Assembly (NCBI GenBank): GCA_963768425.1
Contig: CAVYHV010000010.1
Span: forward strand, 1 to 64,000
Reading direction: 5' to 3'
Length of the DNA: 64,000 bases
Source of the DNA: Candidatus Bathyarchaeota archaeon
GTDB taxonomy: Archaea; Thermoproteota; Bathyarchaeia; Bathyarchaeales; Bathycorpusculaceae
The position numbers and the translations under genes are program-made. Of this stretch, positions 29,398 through 39,434 are shown one piece after another. Each line of letters begins with the position of its first letter. Position 1 is the stretch's first letter. The notes beneath the pieces were generated by a model. The model searched no databases, had not been told where the DNA came from, and saw nothing but the letters and a program-made list of their open reading frames with translations.

Positions 29398-29686
29398 GTT
29401 CTGTTTTCACTTACACGCAATAATTGTATCGTACGATTTAATACCTTTGCTCTAAGGCTACTTGCCATTGACATAGTTCAACACAGATACACATCAGCAA
29501 TTTCATCAGCCAAGAACACTTCCCATACATTTGGCACAACACGCGCTTAGAGCGCAGGGGTTATTCACTAAAACGACGAGCGGGCTGTAGTTGGTTAATA
29601 CCGACAGCACAGCGTTATATAGCTTGCCAGTCAATAGGCTTTTGGCTATGCCATCAACCATGCCCAATAAATAAAAATTAGAAAAA

Positions 29687-32600
29687 TTGGTGAAGGACTT
29701 GGGTTTCGTTACTCTAATTCCCATTTGGATAATGGAAGGATTGATGGCTCTCTTCGCGGCATGGTCTGTCAAGAAGGGCTCGGAAATCAAGGCTCCAAGG
29801 GAAGCTTGGGTAGTGCTTTTCCTTCTCTCGATGATGGCTGAAATGGCTATCAGTATTGTAATTTACTTCTATTTTCCAACAGCTGTCTTCGAAATAATAT
29901 TGTTAAATATGTTTTTGATGATGGTCATAGCCTTCGCTTTCGGTATTTTGTATGCATTTGAGGAACCCAAGACCTTGGATGAAACCATAGCCGGCAACGT
30001 GCGGGTAAGATCCCTAATAATTGCATTGATCATCGTCATGGTTCTCCTGTCTGAGGTATTCATGGCCTGGACCTTTGCACTCATCGGTGGAACTGCATCC
30101 ACGGCTGGCGGTCTCCAAGGAATTTTCAGCACGATAACAAACTCTTCGAGTTCTTACTTGTTCATCTTCATGAACTCTGCTGAAATGGCAATCACACTTT
30201 TTTTCATCAGCAACAGAATGCCGAAGGCATTTAGCTGGCTCATTGCGTCTCAAGTTATTATAATGGTCCTTTCTCCAACCGCGATTATCAACTCCGTTTG
30301 GGCTAGCCTCTCTCTGGCTGCCGGCAGCGCCATCATGACTTTTCTGTTCATATACATCTTCAAGTTTCTGCATAATAACCAGACCTTAAGCAAAGGTATC
30401 CTGAACTATCTTCTCTTCCTCATGCTGGCCTATGCCCTAATGATGGCAGGTCAGTTCATCTGGCTTCTTAACGGCGATGCCGCAGTTTTCGTCTTATCCA
30501 TAATCGTCGAGATGGTGGTGTACTTCGGAATAGTATTAGACGAAAAGAAGCTTATTTCTTCCAAATCGGTAAGTTGGCAAGCAATGCCATATCTGGATCT
30601 TTGGCTTCCTCTTTCTCGTATTCTTGGTAGAGTTCTTCATGAGTGGGGTCATGGCCACCCAGGTGTACGGCCAAGGCTTTTTCAATGGAATCATATCTGC
30701 GTCAACAACTTGGCCACTTACACGAATATTGAGCGCAGGCTTTTACGTTGGAACGATGGCTGTCTTCACGTCATGGCTCATCAAAAAAGGCTCGGAAATC
30801 AAGACCTTAATCGAAGCTGGCATCGTACTCTTTCTCCTCTCAATGATAGCTACGACGTTCATCAGCACAGTCGTCTACCTCTACGTCCAACCATCAATTA
30901 CACTAATTGATCTGGTAGCCATTAACATGGCGGTGGCAAGCGCCACAACTGCTGTCGCCTTTTTTGGAACACGCAGCGAAAATGGTGATTTCCTGAAGAA
31001 TGAAGTGGGCAACATCAGGCTTCTTTTGATCGCGTCGATCATCGCCTTGGTCATCCTTTCTGAGGTGTTCATGGGTTGGACCTTTGCGCTGCTTGGCGGC
31101 ACGGTCTCGATTTCCAGCGGTCTACAATGGGTTTATTCAGCCCTTATTCACGCTACGAGCTCCTTCTGGTTCATCTTCATGATGTCCATCGAGATGGGAA
31201 TAACGCTTTTCTTCATAAGAGGAAGGCTGCCAAAGCCACTCGTCTGGATCATGGCATCTCAAACCATCATAATGATTATGTCTCCCACTGCGATTAGTAA
31301 CTCTCTCTGGACCAGCATCTCCCTTGTTGCAGGCAGCGCCGTCATGGTTTTTCTTTTCATTTACGTCCTTGAGTTCCTTTACAAGAATCGGACTACCAGT
31401 TCAGGCATCCTGAACTACCTGATCTTTATCATGCTCGCCTATGCGTTGATGATGGCAGGCTGTTCATCTGGCTTCTCATGGGCGACGCGACAGTCTTCGT
31501 ACTATCCATAATAGCTGAAATGGTTGTTTACTTCGGAATTGTGCTGGACCAAAGAAGACTTGTTTCATCCAAATCCGCAAGTTGGCTAGCAAAGCCGTAT
31601 TGGGTTCTCGGTTTCCTAGGGCTCCTTTTCGTGGCAGAGTTCTTCATGGGCGGAGTCTTAGACATTCAAGTGTATGGCGCAGGTTTTTTCAAAGGGATGA
31701 TGTTTGCCTCTACAGCAGGGTCCTTTGTGAATGCTCTAAGTGCGGGCTTTTTCAATTTCATAATGTTCTTCACCAGAATAACCATGTCTCCGTGGTACCT
31801 GATAATGATGGGCATAGAGATGGGCGCGCTTGTAGCCTTCAGAATCAAGTATACACGGGAGCTCGAGACTAAAGTAAGATTCCTGCTTTTGATTCTCGCT
31901 TTCAGCGTATACAGTGTACTCCTGCCCATATTCTTAATCCCGCTCGACCTCCTTAGGCAGACCCCGTGGCTAGGCTGGGCGTATGGGATAGGAAGCTCAG
32001 GTGCCATTGCTCCAACCGTATTAATGGCTTTGCTCGGCACATTTCTGATCAGCGGCATCCTTTCCTTTCTCTTTGGCAGCAGGCAACTCTGCTCAGTAAT
32101 GTGCATGGCTCCCCTCATGTACCAGGGAACGACTCTGGATGCCATGAACTCATTTAGTGGAACTTCCAGGCTTGCGTGCAGGCTGCGCACGAACAAGATA
32201 TCATCTCCCTATAAGGTAGTTGTATCGGCGGTGTGGATCTCGCTGCTGGCTGCAGCTTTACTGTCCTACTTGACTTCTGTAGGAATTTTAGGTATCTCCG
32301 TCTTCGGCATGGATCCCGCCTACTTCCTGTACATGTTTTACTTCGGCTTTCTTTGGTACGTTATCTGGATGATGATTCCCTTTGTAGGGACTTACGGCTG
32401 CGTTTCAACTGGCATGTGCGGCTGGGGCTCTTTCAACCAGCTTATTTCCCGAGTTGGGTTGTTTAGGCTAAAGGTGAAGGACGAGGCGCTTTGCAGCAAC
32501 TGTACAACAAAGGACTGCTCGAAAGTCTGCCCCCTGGGGCTTACAGGTCTGCCGGCGGCATTCGCTGCTAAGGGCGAGTTCAGAAACTACAAATGTATTG

Positions 32601-32692
32601 GCGACGGGAACTGCGTTTCGGCCTGCCCACACAGAAATATATCCTTCTACGATGTGAGACATTGGCTAAGAGAAAGGTTCCGAAATAGATGA
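29687..32692 (+). CDS. Polytopic membrane 4Fe-4S protein (NapH/FixG-like C-terminus) with duplicated N-terminal membrane module; two frameshifts
   Basis: Three overlapping ORFs are colinear; CSVMC, CVSTGMCGWG, CSNCTTKDCSKVCP, CIGDGNCVSACP. Confidence 0.8.
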
Positions 32693-32780
32693 AGCGTGTT
32701 TTGTTAATTGTGGGAAAGTAGGTTTTTTCTTCAGACAATCTTTATATCGATTGATTATTGTTTAACTAATGTGTATCGAT

Positions 32781-32990
32781 ATGGTTAAGGTAAAACTTTC
32801 GTCTAAGTTTCAGGTTGTAATTCCTCGAGAAGTCCGAGAAAAGCTAAACTTGAAGCCTGGCGAAGAAATCGTGATGATAGAAAAATCAGGTGTAATACGT
32901 TTAGTGCCGCAAAAACCCATAAAGCAAATGCGCGGTTTCGTCAAAGGTGGAGATACTCAAAATATCCGCGAAGAGGAAGATCGCTTTTGA
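32781..32990 (+). CDS. vapB: AbrB/MazE-type antitoxin
   Basis: KLSSKFQVVIPREVREKLNLKPGE. Confidence 0.9.
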   Translation: MVKVKLSSKFQVVIPREVREKLNLKPGEEIVMIEKSGVIRLVPQKPIKQMRGFVKGGDTQNIREEEDRF

Positions 32991-33367
32991 TACTCATCGA
33001 CTCCTACGGATGGCTAGAGTATTTCCTTGATGGGCGACTTGCCGAAAAATACGCAAAGTACGTAGAAGACGCAAATGAGGAAAACTACGTAACTCCAACC
33101 ATTGTGGTTTATGAAGTTTATAAGAGAATTAGAAGTATTCAAGGCGAGCAAAGTGGACTAGAAGCTTATTCGCAGATAAATAGAACTAAGGTGGTGGAAT
33201 TAAATTCGCAGATTGCGCTAGAGGCGGCAGAAATAAGCTTGTCGACAAATTTGGGAATGGCTGACTCATTGATCGTTGCAACAGCAAAAGCCTACGACGC
33301 GCAAATAGTAACAAGTGACAAACACCTTAAAGGTCTCAAAGAAACCAAATTCATATCGACACAATAA
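32987..33367 (+). CDS. vapC: VapC PIN-domain toxin
   Basis: LIDSYGWLEYF, VVYEV, LGMADSLIVATA, VTSDKH. Confidence 0.9.
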   Translation: MILIDSYGWLEYFLDGRLAEKYAKYVEDANEENYVTPTIVVYEVYKRIRSIQGEQSGLEAYSQINRTKVVELNSQIALEAAEISLSTNLGMADSLIVATAKAYDAQIVTSDKHLKGLKETKFISTQ

Positions 33368-33604
33368 GTAGGCAGGTTGGCTTTCAACCCTTCTCTTGAG
33401 ACTAATTTTCGTCAAACGTTTGAATTGTTTATTGTCAGCACGCCCACAATTCCCATAGTCATAATCAAAAGCTTAACAGCTTCCTTTTTCGTCTTTGAGG
33501 TAATCAAAAACAAATGGAAAATAATGTTTTTAAATTAGTCCCCTAGAACATTTCAATATAACTGAGAAAAAGAAAGCAAATCTCCCACGGGATAGAAGTC
33601 GATT

Positions 33605-33639
33605 GGAATCTGCGGGTTCAAATCCCGCCCGGTCCACCA
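33605..33639 (+). repeat. tRNA-Ala 3'-end copy 2, ending in CCA
   Basis: ggaatctgcgggttcaaatcccgcccggtcca-cca. Confidence 0.85.
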
Positions 33640-33656
33640 GTTTAGCTCGGTTTTGC

Positions 33657-34091
33657 CTATTCTGGGTCTTCCAAGAAAAGTAAAGTGATGTCAAATGATT
33701 TTTTTCCCATTTCGTCTGCCAACTCTTGCTCTTGGCGGGCAAAAAGGGCGTTGCCAGCAATTTTATGTGCCAATGACAAAATGAAGCAGTCTGGAAGCGA
33801 CATTGCTCTTTGGCATTTGATTTTGGCCGCTTCGTTGAATAATTGTGAGGTGTCTTCAACCGTAAAATATCCTGAATCGAGGAGTTTGTCTACTCTTTCT
33901 TTTGATTGTTGCCAGCCAAGTTTTCTGCATAAAACATATCGTAGCTCCGTTATGGCTAACTCTGTGGTATAGGCTTCAATCATGTCGGTTTCGAGAGCTT
34001 TTTTGAGCTTTTGTCCCAAGCTATCGCAGTATATTAACTCAATTAGTGCGCTTGTGTCTATGGCTAATTTTCCTTTCAAGTCTTTCATCAT
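33657..34091 (-). CDS. vapC: VapC PIN-domain toxin
   Basis: LAIDTSALIE, AITELRY, SLPDCFILSLA. Confidence 0.88.
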   Translation of the reverse strand: MMKDLKGKLAIDTSALIELIYCDSLGQKLKKALETDMIEAYTTELAITELRYVLCRKLGWQQSKERVDKLLDSGYFTVEDTSQLFNEAAKIKCQRAMSLPDCFILSLAHKIAGNALFARQEQELADEMGKKSFDITLLFLEDPE

Positions 34092-34308
34092 CAATCTTCC
34101 GTTCTGTCTCCAATTCTTCGAGTGCCTCTTCAACTCCTATTGTTGGGCTGCATGCTTCTTTCAGCAACCGAGGGTTTTTCTCCCGGTGATCCACCAAGAA
34201 ACGAAGGGCGTCATTTAGGTCAACTCGGCGCCCCGTCTTGATTTGAAGTTCGGAGGCAACCTTCAAGAGTTTTTCTTTAACGTCCTCAGTTACAGATATC
34301 GTAGTCAT
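34039..34308 (-). CDS. vapB: VapB-type (RHH-like) antitoxin
   Basis: MTTISVTEDVKEKL...VDLNDALRFL; overlaps the PIN gene. Confidence 0.82.
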   Translation of the reverse strand: MTTISVTEDVKEKLLKVASELQIKTGRRVDLNDALRFLVDHREKNPRLLKEACSPTIGVEEALEELETERKIDDERLERKISHRHKRTN

Positions 34309-34388
34309 AGAGATCACATTAGCTATAGCAGCCATAGTAGATATAACTATCTAGTTGTATCTGCGAGAATTAATCCATTAACGGGTTA

Positions 34389-34445
34389 GGTATGATCTTC
34401 GAGGTCGCAACGCGGAAGCCGCGGGTTCAAATCCCGCCCGGTCCA
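34389..34445 (+). repeat. tRNA-Ala 3' copy 3 (attR-like)
   Basis: 41-bp identity from the anticodon loop, plus ggtatgatc D-arm match at the same spacing; conserved tail follows. Confidence 0.9.
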
Positions 34446-34575
34446 TAAGGCGGTGTGAACTCTGAAAGGTTCAAAGACCTTAGAGATACAATCCCTGTGG
34501 TGTTCGGGCCTTTGGTGGTAGAGACTTTTTCTAATAACTTGCGTTTTTCAACTTTACACCATTCGGGCAGATCTG

Positions 34576-34746
34576 CTACTCCATTTTTCCGCCGCACATG
34601 GGGCATTCTATTGGCAATTTCTTCTGGATACTCATTAATTCATAAGAGCACAAAAAGCAGAAGTAGATTTGGCATTTCGGGCAGTAATGGAAGCCGCCGC
34701 CGATCATCTTGCCGCATGCATCGCAAGGTCTGGACAAATCGGGCAT
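34576..34746 (-). CDS. Small Cys-rich zinc-finger protein
   Basis: CDAC, CPKC, CFLC, CPMC. Confidence 0.75.
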   Translation of the reverse strand: MPDLSRPCDACGKMIGGGFHYCPKCQIYFCFLCSYELMSIQKKLPIECPMCGGKME

Positions 34747-34787
34747 AAAGAAGCAGGCAGTCAAAACGCCTTAAAAGCCAAGTGCCG

Positions 34788-34929
34788 GAGCGACGTTTTG
34801 GCGCAGTGGAGAGTACACTGAAAGAAACCTTAGGGAGAAGTCCTTGTCGGGTCTGCCTCTCGAAGGATTGCCCGTGCTTTTGCTCGACGCCTGCCGTCTT
34901 TGCCTTGGCCTAAGTTTTCCACCCCGCTC
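34788..34929 (-). ncRNA. Candidate structured 5' leader RNA
   Basis: Nested complementary segments GTGGA/TCCAC, CTTAGG/CCTAAG, GACG/CGTC and CGGG/CCCG; TATA-like gatataata upstream. Confidence 0.35.
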
Positions 34930-35312
34930 AAACTTGTTACAATAATGCGCTTTGTCTATTATATCTTACGAATCAATTATATTAGGCAAGAATGAAGAAA
35001 AATTGCTGGCCACAAAAACCTGCGACCGCAGTCACGGCATATGGAGTTCAAATTTGCCAAGTTCGTGTGCCTCAGAATTTGTTAACTGACATCATCAATA
35101 GGACTAACCAATCCTTTCTCCGACTAACGTGTTTTTCTTCACAGGCAACATGCTCTAATGCAAGCTGTTAAATAAAAATAATCACGCACGTTGCACCATA
35201 AAAGGATCAGACAATTGGATGAGAGAATAATATGTGCATGTTTGTGTTCTCATTGCAACTGTTTTTTTAAGCTAAAATAAGAAAAAAGAAAATGCAAACT
35301 CTTCTATTGCAG

Positions 35313-35503
35313 CTATATTGAATTTAACCAGAGAGTTGTTGTATAATATTCTGTGTAACTGCCCTCGACTTTTGGTTTGCTTATTACTATTTTGTCGCCC
35401 CTGATTTCTAAAATCCTTCAACGCAAGGCTTAAGACCTATCGCATCCCTTAATTGCTTACGAATGACTACCTGACTTTTTTGTCCAATGTTTTTGCGAGC
35501 CAT
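35313..35503 (-). pseudogene. Orphan, degenerate AbrB/MazE antitoxin
   Basis: MARKNIGQKSQVVIRKQLRDAIGLKP, frameshift, LEIRGDKIVISKPK; no toxin downstream. Confidence 0.7.
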
Positions 35504-35621
35504 ATTGGATTCCGATCTGTATTACTTGAATTTGTACTTTTCCACCAATTAGTGGTACCAGTTGCTTGTTGTAGCAAGATACAATCACAAACCGATAAAT
35601 TGACTGTTTAATCAACTTGAA

Positions 35622-36365
35622 ATGCATATGAATGAAAATCGTACGGTTAATAAAAAACCATTTTTATATTCAAAATTAGTGCCTGTTATCTTTCTAGTAA
35701 TGATCGTGCTCTTTTTCTTATTGGTCATTTTACTTGTCAAAGAAGCGACTGCTAAAACTTATTTATTATCGGTGATAGCGGTCTCTCAAACGACTGATCA
35801 ATTGAATCTTTCAAGTTTAATTCAGGTCCTTAGTGCGATAAGTTCTATTGCTGTAATTCTGGGTGTTGTGTTCATTGTAGTTCAGCTAAGACAGAACACC
35901 AAGTTAATTGACTTAAATACGAAGTTAACGGATGCAACTTTCCAAGAAGTAAAATCAAACATCTCCTTTGAATTACTGGAGAAATTGACGGACGAATCAT
36001 TTGCTAGGCGCAGAAGCTTCATGTGGCATACGGTCAAGAAGTACCAAGCTTCTAATTGGGAAGGCTTTGACGACAGCGCGGATGATTTTGAAGTGCGAAA
36101 CTTCGCATTCATGTACGACCTTTTCGGTCAACTGGCAAAAGACGGCTTAATTGATCTTGAGACCCTTGCTAAAACATTCAAGTACCTTGTAGCGTTGGAT
36201 TGGCAAGCTTTCGAACCCGCTTCAAAACATATCCAGAAACGCTATAACCTTGAACGAAACGAGATATTTTCAAATTTTCAGTGGCTGGCTAATGAAACTG
36301 AACGAATATTGAAGCAAAAAGGAAGCCAGATCCCGAAAATTACGCAAACAGAGAGAAAAGATTAA
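35622..36365 (+). CDS. DUF4760-like membrane-anchored protein (true start may be later)
   Basis: TM + QLRQN, then VRNFAFMYDLFGQLAKDGLID...F.NFQWLA. Confidence 0.7.
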   Translation: MHMNENRTVNKKPFLYSKLVPVIFLVMIVLFFLLVILLVKEATAKTYLLSVIAVSQTTDQLNLSSLIQVLSAISSIAVILGVVFIVVQLRQNTKLIDLNTKLTDATFQEVKSNISFELLEKLTDESFARRRSFMWHTVKKYQASNWEGFDDSADDFEVRNFAFMYDLFGQLAKDGLIDLETLAKTFKYLVALDWQAFEPASKHIQKRYNLERNEIFSNFQWLANETERILKQKGSQIPKITQTERKD

Positions 36366-36636
36366 TTTTGTGGTTCCAACTCGCTGCGGGTTCAAACCCA
36401 TAGGCGCGCTTCGGTCCTATTCGTTTTTACCAAATGTCCTTGCATATGCTGATTACATTAAGCTGCCTGATTTGAGGCTCTTCCATTTCTAACAGAGTAA
36501 TCTATCTCCCAAGTGCGAGGCTGGCAAACTAACCCTTTGTGCGGGCGTAATCCTCCGCTTACTTCGGAAGATTCAAATGTGATGTTGGGAAAAAGCGATG
36601 TTGTATTCGAATAACTTTAAGCAGGAAAGCTATCGC

Positions 36637-37287
36637 ATGCTCAGGCGGAACAACATCAATGCAACGAGAACAATAGCATCAACAATGGGAGTTTTAACGG
36701 GAATATCAGGGATCACCCACGGATTTTTTGAAGCCCTCCAAGGAAACCACCAAACAAACGGCTTCGTAATATTTGCCGTCGGCAAAGGCAGCATCTTGAC
36801 CAGATGGACCAACGGCAGCGAAGGCGCATTTACATTACTCCCAAACTTTCTGATAACTGGCATTTTCGCCGTAATTACTGGTTTGGCGCTAGCTGTTTGG
36901 TCTGCCCGTTTTATCCACGCAAAAAGGGGCAGTTCAGTTTTTCTTCTAATTGGAATAATCTTATTTTTGGTAGGCGGAGGCGTCGCTCAAGTACCCTTTA
37001 TCATCTTAACTTGGGCCGTTGCAACCCGTATAAACAAACCGCTAAGATGGTGGAAAGCACAAATATCAAGGAACTTCCGCCCAAAACTTGCAAAAGCGTG
37101 GTTATGGCTTCTAATCGTCTCCTCGGCGATGTTCGTACTTGCGCTTGAAATCGCAATTTTTGGATTTTTGCCCGGTGTGAGCGACCTGAACTTACTTCTT
37201 ATTGTTGACTGGTCTGTTCTGAGCTTTGCTACCGCAGTTCTTCTTGTATCGATCGTTGGAGGATTTGCCCATGATATTGAGAATTAA
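36637..37287 (+). CDS. Multi-TM membrane protein
   Basis: HGFFEALQGN, EGAFTLLPNF; about 6 TMs. Confidence 0.75.
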   Translation: MLRRNNINATRTIASTMGVLTGISGITHGFFEALQGNHQTNGFVIFAVGKGSILTRWTNGSEGAFTLLPNFLITGIFAVITGLALAVWSARFIHAKRGSSVFLLIGIILFLVGGGVAQVPFIILTWAVATRINKPLRWWKAQISRNFRPKLAKAWLWLLIVSSAMFVLALEIAIFGFLPGVSDLNLLLIVDWSVLSFATAVLLVSIVGGFAHDIEN

Positions 37288-37346
37288 AAAGACCTTCGCA
37301 TTCGTTTGGGGTAAGTCCGGTGCGGCCCACTCCCAGCCTCTGCAAT

Positions 37347-38297
37347 TTACTTCATTAAGAGCGCTTTACCCTTTTCAAAAACGTATGCGAATTCTGCGTA
37401 TATTCTGAGGTAGTAGGCCCAGTATCCTTTCCATTTACCGTATTTCTCGGCTATTTGGCATACTTCTTCGTTGTTCATTTGTTCATCTTTTCCTTTATAG
37501 ATTTTGGCGGCGTCGAAAGCAAGCCGGGGTTCCACGTTTGACAGCTCCTCCATTCGTCCCAGTCCCCGTATCAACACAAAGTTGGCTGACCAATCTCCAA
37601 TGCCTTTGATGTCCGTTAACCAATCATGAACCTCATCATAAGGTGCTACTCTAAGCCATTGCTCATCAACCGAAGAGAATGCCTCAGCCACGGATGACAA
37701 GTACTCTGCTTTTCTCTTATTTGGCACCATCTCAGGCAACTCCGCGGTTGCAGCAACCAGATCAGACGGCTCGGGAAATGAATAATATTCTACACCTTTG
37801 ATTTTGATTTGACCGCCGACTTTGTTGACAATATTTTCTTTCATTTTGTGAGCCACGCTCATTGGTATTCTTTGGTTCAGGATCGCCCAGCATGCAATTT
37901 CGAAAGGCGTCAGGAATTTTACTTGTTTGTGGCCGTAAAATTGTTTGATTGCAGGTTGAATGCACTCGTCTTTTTTGGCTATTTCGTAAAACTCTTTTAG
38001 GTTGTCTTGGAGGCTTAGAAAGAAGTTTATCCGGTCGGCGAGCAGCTCCTTGTCTTCGTCAGTGAACTTTGCTTTTGAGTAAGCCGTGAACTTCAACTTG
38101 GGGTTTTCAATGGTTCCTTCGTCGGCTACTTCGAATGCGATTGTTTTACCCTTTACTTGGACAGCTTTTGTGACAGTGCCGCTTTTTACTTCTTGCTCAT
38201 TTCGCATTGGACTAAAGTCAGATAAAAACTCGAGAGATTTATAGAAATCAAAAGGGGCAACAGGTTTCAATGCACCCTCAAAAGAATAAAGACTCAA
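37347..38297 (-). CDS. alkA: DNA-3-methyladenine glycosylase II (AlkA family)
   Basis: PFEIACWAILNQ, FPEP, HhH LTDIKGIGDWSANFVL. Confidence 0.85.
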   Translation of the reverse strand: MSLYSFEGALKPVAPFDFYKSLEFLSDFSPMRNEQEVKSGTVTKAVQVKGKTIAFEVADEGTIENPKLKFTAYSKAKFTDEDKELLADRINFFLSLQDNLKEFYEIAKKDECIQPAIKQFYGHKQVKFLTPFEIACWAILNQRIPMSVAHKMKENIVNKVGGQIKIKGVEYYSFPEPSDLVAATAELPEMVPNKRKAEYLSSVAEAFSSVDEQWLRVAPYDEVHDWLTDIKGIGDWSANFVLIRGLGRMEELSNVEPRLAFDAAKIYKGKDEQMNNEEVCQIAEKYGKWKGYWAYYLRIYAEFAYVFEKGKALLMK

Positions 38298-38749
38298 GAA
38301 AACAACACCTAATTTATTGTTACTAACCTGCTATTTTAAACGAATCGTTAATGCAACGTTAAGGATTAGTCTGTTTTCCGCCGTTTCAAACAAAAAGAAA
38401 AAGATGAACTGAATGACAGATATGCAAGTGCTCGCATGAGCGTCAAATGCTCACCTCTTTGCTCAATATTGAAGGGTTCGAAATTTTTTCAAACAGGTCT
38501 CCATGATATATTTCCTATGACACCCCTAAACCGGAAAATCGGTATTAGTATCCCCGGTAGCTTCGGAAGAATTCAAACTGGCATTCGTTCTGCTAAGGTT
38601 TGCAAGAGCATGAATTCTTAATCTTTCAGGGGTAAGAGAAAGACTTGTAAAGCCCGAAAGGAGGCGGTTGTTGTTTCCTCATACAATCACATGTCTTGAA
38701 ATATCCAGCGATAGTATTTTCAACAGCATAACAAAGCAGGAGAGTTGGT

Positions 38750-39348
38750 ATGAGAAATCTAGTTGTATCAACTTTTGTGACACTCGATGGCATCATGCAG
38801 GCTCCCGGCGGACCCCAGGAGGATACCAGTGGATATTTCAAATATGGTGGATGGTCAGTTGGTTACTGGGACGATTTCTTGGGAAAGGTCATGGAGAAAC
38901 AAATGGCAAAACCATTTGATCTGTTGCTTGGTCGCAAAACCTACGAGATATTCGCGGCTTACTGGCCTAACGCAAAAGAACCGGGAGCCGACAAACTCAA
39001 TGCAGCCAAGAAATATGTTGTCTCTACAACACTTGGAAAACTCTTGTGGAATAATTCCACTCTGATTGCAGGCAACGTTACCAAAGAAGTCAAGAAACTC
39101 AAGAACCGTGATGGGCCGAGATACAGGTTCATGGCAGTTCCAACCTTATCCAAACAATACTGAAGAATGATCTTGTTGATGAGTTCCGTTTGAAGATATT
39201 TCCAGTCACGATTGGATCAGGTAAACGCCTTTTTGGAGACGGCGCTATACCAGCCTCGTTCAAACTCCTTGAAAGCCAAACTTCTACTACTGGCGTAATA
39301 GTTGCTACATTCGTGCGGGACGGGGAAATAAAAATGGGTTCGTTCTAA
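38750..39348 (+). CDS. Dihydrofolate reductase/RibD C-terminal family protein (frameshift near 39115)
   Basis: FVTLDGIMQAPGG, LLLGRKTYE; next frame HGSSNLIQTILKNDLVDE...GSGKRLF. Confidence 0.85.
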
Positions 39349-39434
39349 CAACGTTTTAATGAATACTTCTATGGCATGAAAAAATTGTCTTCAAAAACGC
39401 TTAAATATTGCTTATTTTTAACCATTTTTAAGGT

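Larger units (their letters stand above)
27896..34445. mobile_element. tRNA-Ala-anchored island / cassette array without integrase
   Basis: 41-bp exact direct repeat 27896-27936 = 34405-34445 beginning in the anticodon loop; internal tRNA 3' copies at 28746 and 33605. Confidence 0.75.

Noticed and set aside
34389-34445. Split or permuted tRNA half
   Set aside because: There is no matching 5' half, no bulge-helix-bulge or complementary leader, and an intact tRNA-Ala(CGC) is present. An att-type duplication fits better.
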